NCBI GenBank assembly: GCA_049584715.1
Contig: JBAUYI010000342.1
Coordinates: 2,262 to 66,261 of the forward strand
Length of the DNA stretch: 64,000 bases
Direction: 5' to 3'
Source of the DNA: Xanthobacteraceae bacterium
Lineage (GTDB): Bacteria > Pseudomonadota > Alphaproteobacteria > Rhizobiales > Xanthobacteraceae
A model generated the notes under the pieces. It had not been told where the DNA came from. It was given only the letters and a program-made list of their open reading frames with translations, and made no database searches. Below are positions 61,610 through 64,000 of this stretch, piece after piece (positions within the stretch are counted from its first letter, which is position 1; the number at the start of each line of letters is the position of its first letter). Position numbers and translations under genes: made by a program.

Positions 61610-62761
61610 TCATTTGGTCAGCACGATGGCGGCTTCGGGTGCAAAGCTTATCCAGGCGCGTTCGTCCCAGTCGAGCGGGCGCTCGGCGGCGTGGCCGCTA
61701 TTGGCGATTGCTGCGGTCACGATCGCGCCGTCGGCGAGGCGCAATTTGTAGATCGTCAGCTCGCCGAGATAGCCGATGTCGACAATGGTGCCGGCGGCGC
61801 AGTTTTCGGGCGGCTGTTGCGGCGGCGCCGGCGGCGACGACGGCTCAGGCGTGACGCGCATCTTTTCCGGCCGCACCGCGAGCCAAACCGTTGCGCCCGG
61901 CTTGGCATCGATCTTCGCAGCCACGCGTAGCGTGCCGGCCGCCGTGCCTTCGACGCTCAAGCCATCTTCGCCGACGCGGCCTTCGAACACATTGACGTCG
62001 CCGACGAAATCCGCGACCCAGCGCGAATTCGGCTGCTCGTAGATTTCAGCGGGCCGCGCGACCTGCCGCAGCCAGCCGCGGTCCATCACGCCGATACGGT
62101 CGGCGACGATCATGGCTTCGCTCTGGTCGTGGGTGACGATGACGAAAGTGAGCCCGAGCTTGCGTTGCAGGTCCATCAGCTCGAAGCGGGTCTGGTCGCG
62201 CAGCTTCTTGTCGAGCGCCGCCAACGGCTCGTCGAGGAGGAGCACGCGCGGGCGCTTCACCAAAGCGCGCGCCAGCGCCACGCGCTGACGTTGGCCGCCG
62301 GACAATTCATGCGGCTTGCGCCGGCCAAAACTTTCCAGTTTCACCATGGCCAGCATGTCGGCGACGCGCTGGGCGATCTCGGCTTTGGCCAAGCCCTCCT
62401 GCTTGAGGCCGAAGGCGACATTGGCCTCGACATTGAGGTGCGGGAACAGTGCGTAGTTCTGGAACATCATGTTGACCGGGCGGCGGTAGGGCGGCACCGC
62501 CGCGAGATCGACGCCGTCGAGCAGGATGCGGCCGGAGTCCGGCCGCTCGAGGCCGGCGATCAGGCGCAACAGCGTGGTCTTGCCACAGCCGGACGGCCCG
62601 AGCAGCGCAAAGAACTCGCCTTGGTAGATGTCGAGGGAAAGCTGATCGACCGCCGCGCTGCCGCCAAAGCGCTTGCTCAAATCCTCGATGCGCAACAGCG
62701 GGCGCTCGGTCGAGTCCGCCCACGGCGCAAAGTTACGTTTCGATCGGACGGTTGGCATCAT
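61610..62761 (-). CDS. ABC transporter ATP-binding protein, PotA/PotG-like
   Basis: Walker A GPSGCGKTT, signature LSGGQRQRVALARAL, and Walker B LLLDEP. Confidence 0.9.
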   Translation of the reverse strand: MMPTVRSKRNFAPWADSTERPLLRIEDLSKRFGGSAAVDQLSLDIYQGEFFALLGPSGCGKTTLLRLIAGLERPDSGRILLDGVDLAAVPPYRRPVNMMFQNYALFPHLNVEANVAFGLKQEGLAKAEIAQRVADMLAMVKLESFGRRKPHELSGGQRQRVALARALVKRPRVLLLDEPLAALDKKLRDQTRFELMDLQRKLGLTFVIVTHDQSEAMIVADRIGVMDRGWLRQVARPAEIYEQPNSRWVADFVGDVNVFEGRVGEDGLSVEGTAAGTLRVAAKIDAKPGATVWLAVRPEKMRVTPEPSSPPAPPQQPPENCAAGTIVDIGYLGELTIYKLRLADGAIVTAAIANSGHAAERPLDWDERAWISFAPEAAIVLTK

Positions 62762-62859
62762 ACTCTGGCGGCAACGGCGCGCATCCCCGACGGCGCGGCG
62801 TCAAGCTAGAGCATTTTTCCTCTGACTGGAAATGATCGGGAAGCTCGGCCCGGTGGCGA

Positions 62860-63402
62860 TCAATCGACCATCGCAACCGCCGGCGTCTCGATGATGGGCG
62901 CATCGTCGAGGCTTTCGGACATCAACTTGCGCGGCTCAGGGCCGTAATAATCGCCGAGTTGCACCACCGGCCGCGGCTGCATCATGATCGAGACCAGGCG
63001 GTCGTACAGCGCCTTCGCCGAAACCGGCTTGATCAGGTATTCGTGGACGCCGAGCCGCACCGCCTCGACGACCCTCCAGCGCTCGCCGTGGCCGCTGAGC
63101 ATGATGATCGGCACGTCGGGCATCGGAAACACGCCAGGCGAGCGGACAATGCGCACCAGCTCGGCGCCACTCAACAGCGGCATTTCCCAATCCAGGATCA
63201 CCACGTCGGGGGCGACGCTGCGGATGGCGTCAAGCGCGGCGATGCCGTCATTGGCCTCGTAAATATCCTTGATGCCGCAATTGACCAGCAAGTTGCGGAT
63301 CATCTTGCGCATATACTGATTGTCATCGACCACCAGCACCGCCAGCGACTGGATCTGATCGGCGATGTGTGTCTTCGACGGGTTCGCGGTCATGGTTTGC
63401 AT
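62860..63402 (-). CDS. single-domain response regulator (CheY-like receiver with C-terminal tail)
   Basis: Starts MQTMTANP. LVVDDNQYMRK...VVILDWEMP...IMLSGHGE...KP. Confidence 0.8.
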   Translation of the reverse strand: MQTMTANPSKTHIADQIQSLAVLVVDDNQYMRKMIRNLLVNCGIKDIYEANDGIAALDAIRSVAPDVVILDWEMPLLSGAELVRIVRSPGVFPMPDVPIIMLSGHGERWRVVEAVRLGVHEYLIKPVSAKALYDRLVSIMMQPRPVVQLGDYYGPEPRKLMSESLDDAPIIETPAVAMVD

Positions 63403-63416
63403 GCCAGGCGGGCGGA

Positions 63417-63935
63417 TTAGACGAATACGACATCGTCGAGCGCCGGATCGTTCTCGGGCTTGTAGCTCGACATTTTGCGCGGCGCGGGGACGTAGCGGTC
63501 GCCCTTCTTCACCATCTCGCGCGGCTTGGCGAGGATGGAGACCAGCCGTGCCAGGAGCGCCGTCGAGGACACCGGCTTGAGCAGGAATTCGTTGACGCCG
63601 AGCCGCACCGCCTCGACCACCCGCGAACGTTCGCCGTGCGCGGTGAGCATGATGATCGGCACGTCGGGATAGGGGAAGTGGCCGGGCGCGCGCACATGGC
63701 GCACGAATTCCGGGCCATTGGGGCTCGGCATCGACCAATCGAGAATGACCACGTCGGGCGCCCAACGGCAGATGGCTTCGAGGCCGCTGCGGCCGTCGCA
63801 AGCCTCGTAAATGGTCTTGACGCCGATCACTTGCAGGAGCGATTTCGTGACCTTGCGCATGGTCGACTCGTCGTCGACGATCAACACCTTCAGCGCCTCG
63901 AGCTGCTGCGTAAACTGGCTGGCGACCGGCTGCAT
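63417..63935 (-). CDS. single-domain response regulator, tandem paralog
   Basis: LIVDDESTMRK...VVILDWSMP...IMLTAHGE...KP, with the same architecture as its neighbour. Confidence 0.8.
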   Translation of the reverse strand: MQPVASQFTQQLEALKVLIVDDESTMRKVTKSLLQVIGVKTIYEACDGRSGLEAICRWAPDVVILDWSMPSPNGPEFVRHVRAPGHFPYPDVPIIMLTAHGERSRVVEAVRLGVNEFLLKPVSSTALLARLVSILAKPREMVKKGDRYVPAPRKMSSYKPENDPALDDVVFV

Positions 63936-64000
63936 GGGATCCCTGCAATGCGTCGGCGATGAATTCCTCGCCAGCGAAACTGATCACAATTTTCTAATTT

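Noticed and set aside
1-64000. CRISPR arrays, rRNA genes, IS elements and transposases
   Set aside because: No regularly spaced direct repeats, no rRNA-like sequence, and no transposase-like ORF or terminal inverted repeats were seen anywhere in the window.

Overview
High-GC alphaproteobacterial chromosome segment (gene content looks Hyphomicrobiales/Bradyrhizobiaceae-like; this is an inference, no search was possible). Positions 1631-52422 are bracketed by an exact 46-bp direct repeat of the 3' part of tRNA-His(GTG). The intact gene is at 52377-52453 on the minus strand. A P4-type tyrosine integrase and an AlpA-like excisionase module sit at the left end, so this is a ~50.8-kb tRNA-His genomic island. 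Its cargo includes: (1) a UvrD-like helicase and several hypothetical proteins; (2) many small stress-type proteins (DUF892/YciF x2, PRC-barrel x2, YtjA, DUF3309, YdaD-like SDR, cupin, PPase, CinA/PncC, Psd-like, ATP-dependent DNA ligase, two flavodoxin-like reductases, PoxB-like TPP enzyme); (3) a three-subunit membrane FAD dehydrogenase with a tri-haem cytochrome c; (4) a 12-gene translationally coupled Alternative Complex III (actABCDEF) + SCO + caa3-type cytochrome c oxidase cluster; (5) an FNT channel; (6) a PaoABC-like periplasmic molybdo-oxidoreductase whose 2Fe-2S subunit is broken by a deletion and frameshift; (7) an MgtC-like gene with an in-frame amber codon; (8) an EmrAB-like efflux pair. 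Right of the tRNA lie two phasins, a PAS histidine kinase, DUF1194, AsmA, a polyamine-type ABC importer and two tandem receiver proteins. The main hidden layer is regulatory. Eleven consensus ECF15/EcfG general-stress-response promoter motifs (GGAAC-N16/17-(C/G)GTT) and seven one-mismatch variants occur, almost all correctly placed and oriented upstream of ORFs. These include the ACIII/oxidase cluster, the FAD dehydrogenase and the decayed Pao operon. No rRNA, CRISPR array or IS element was seen.
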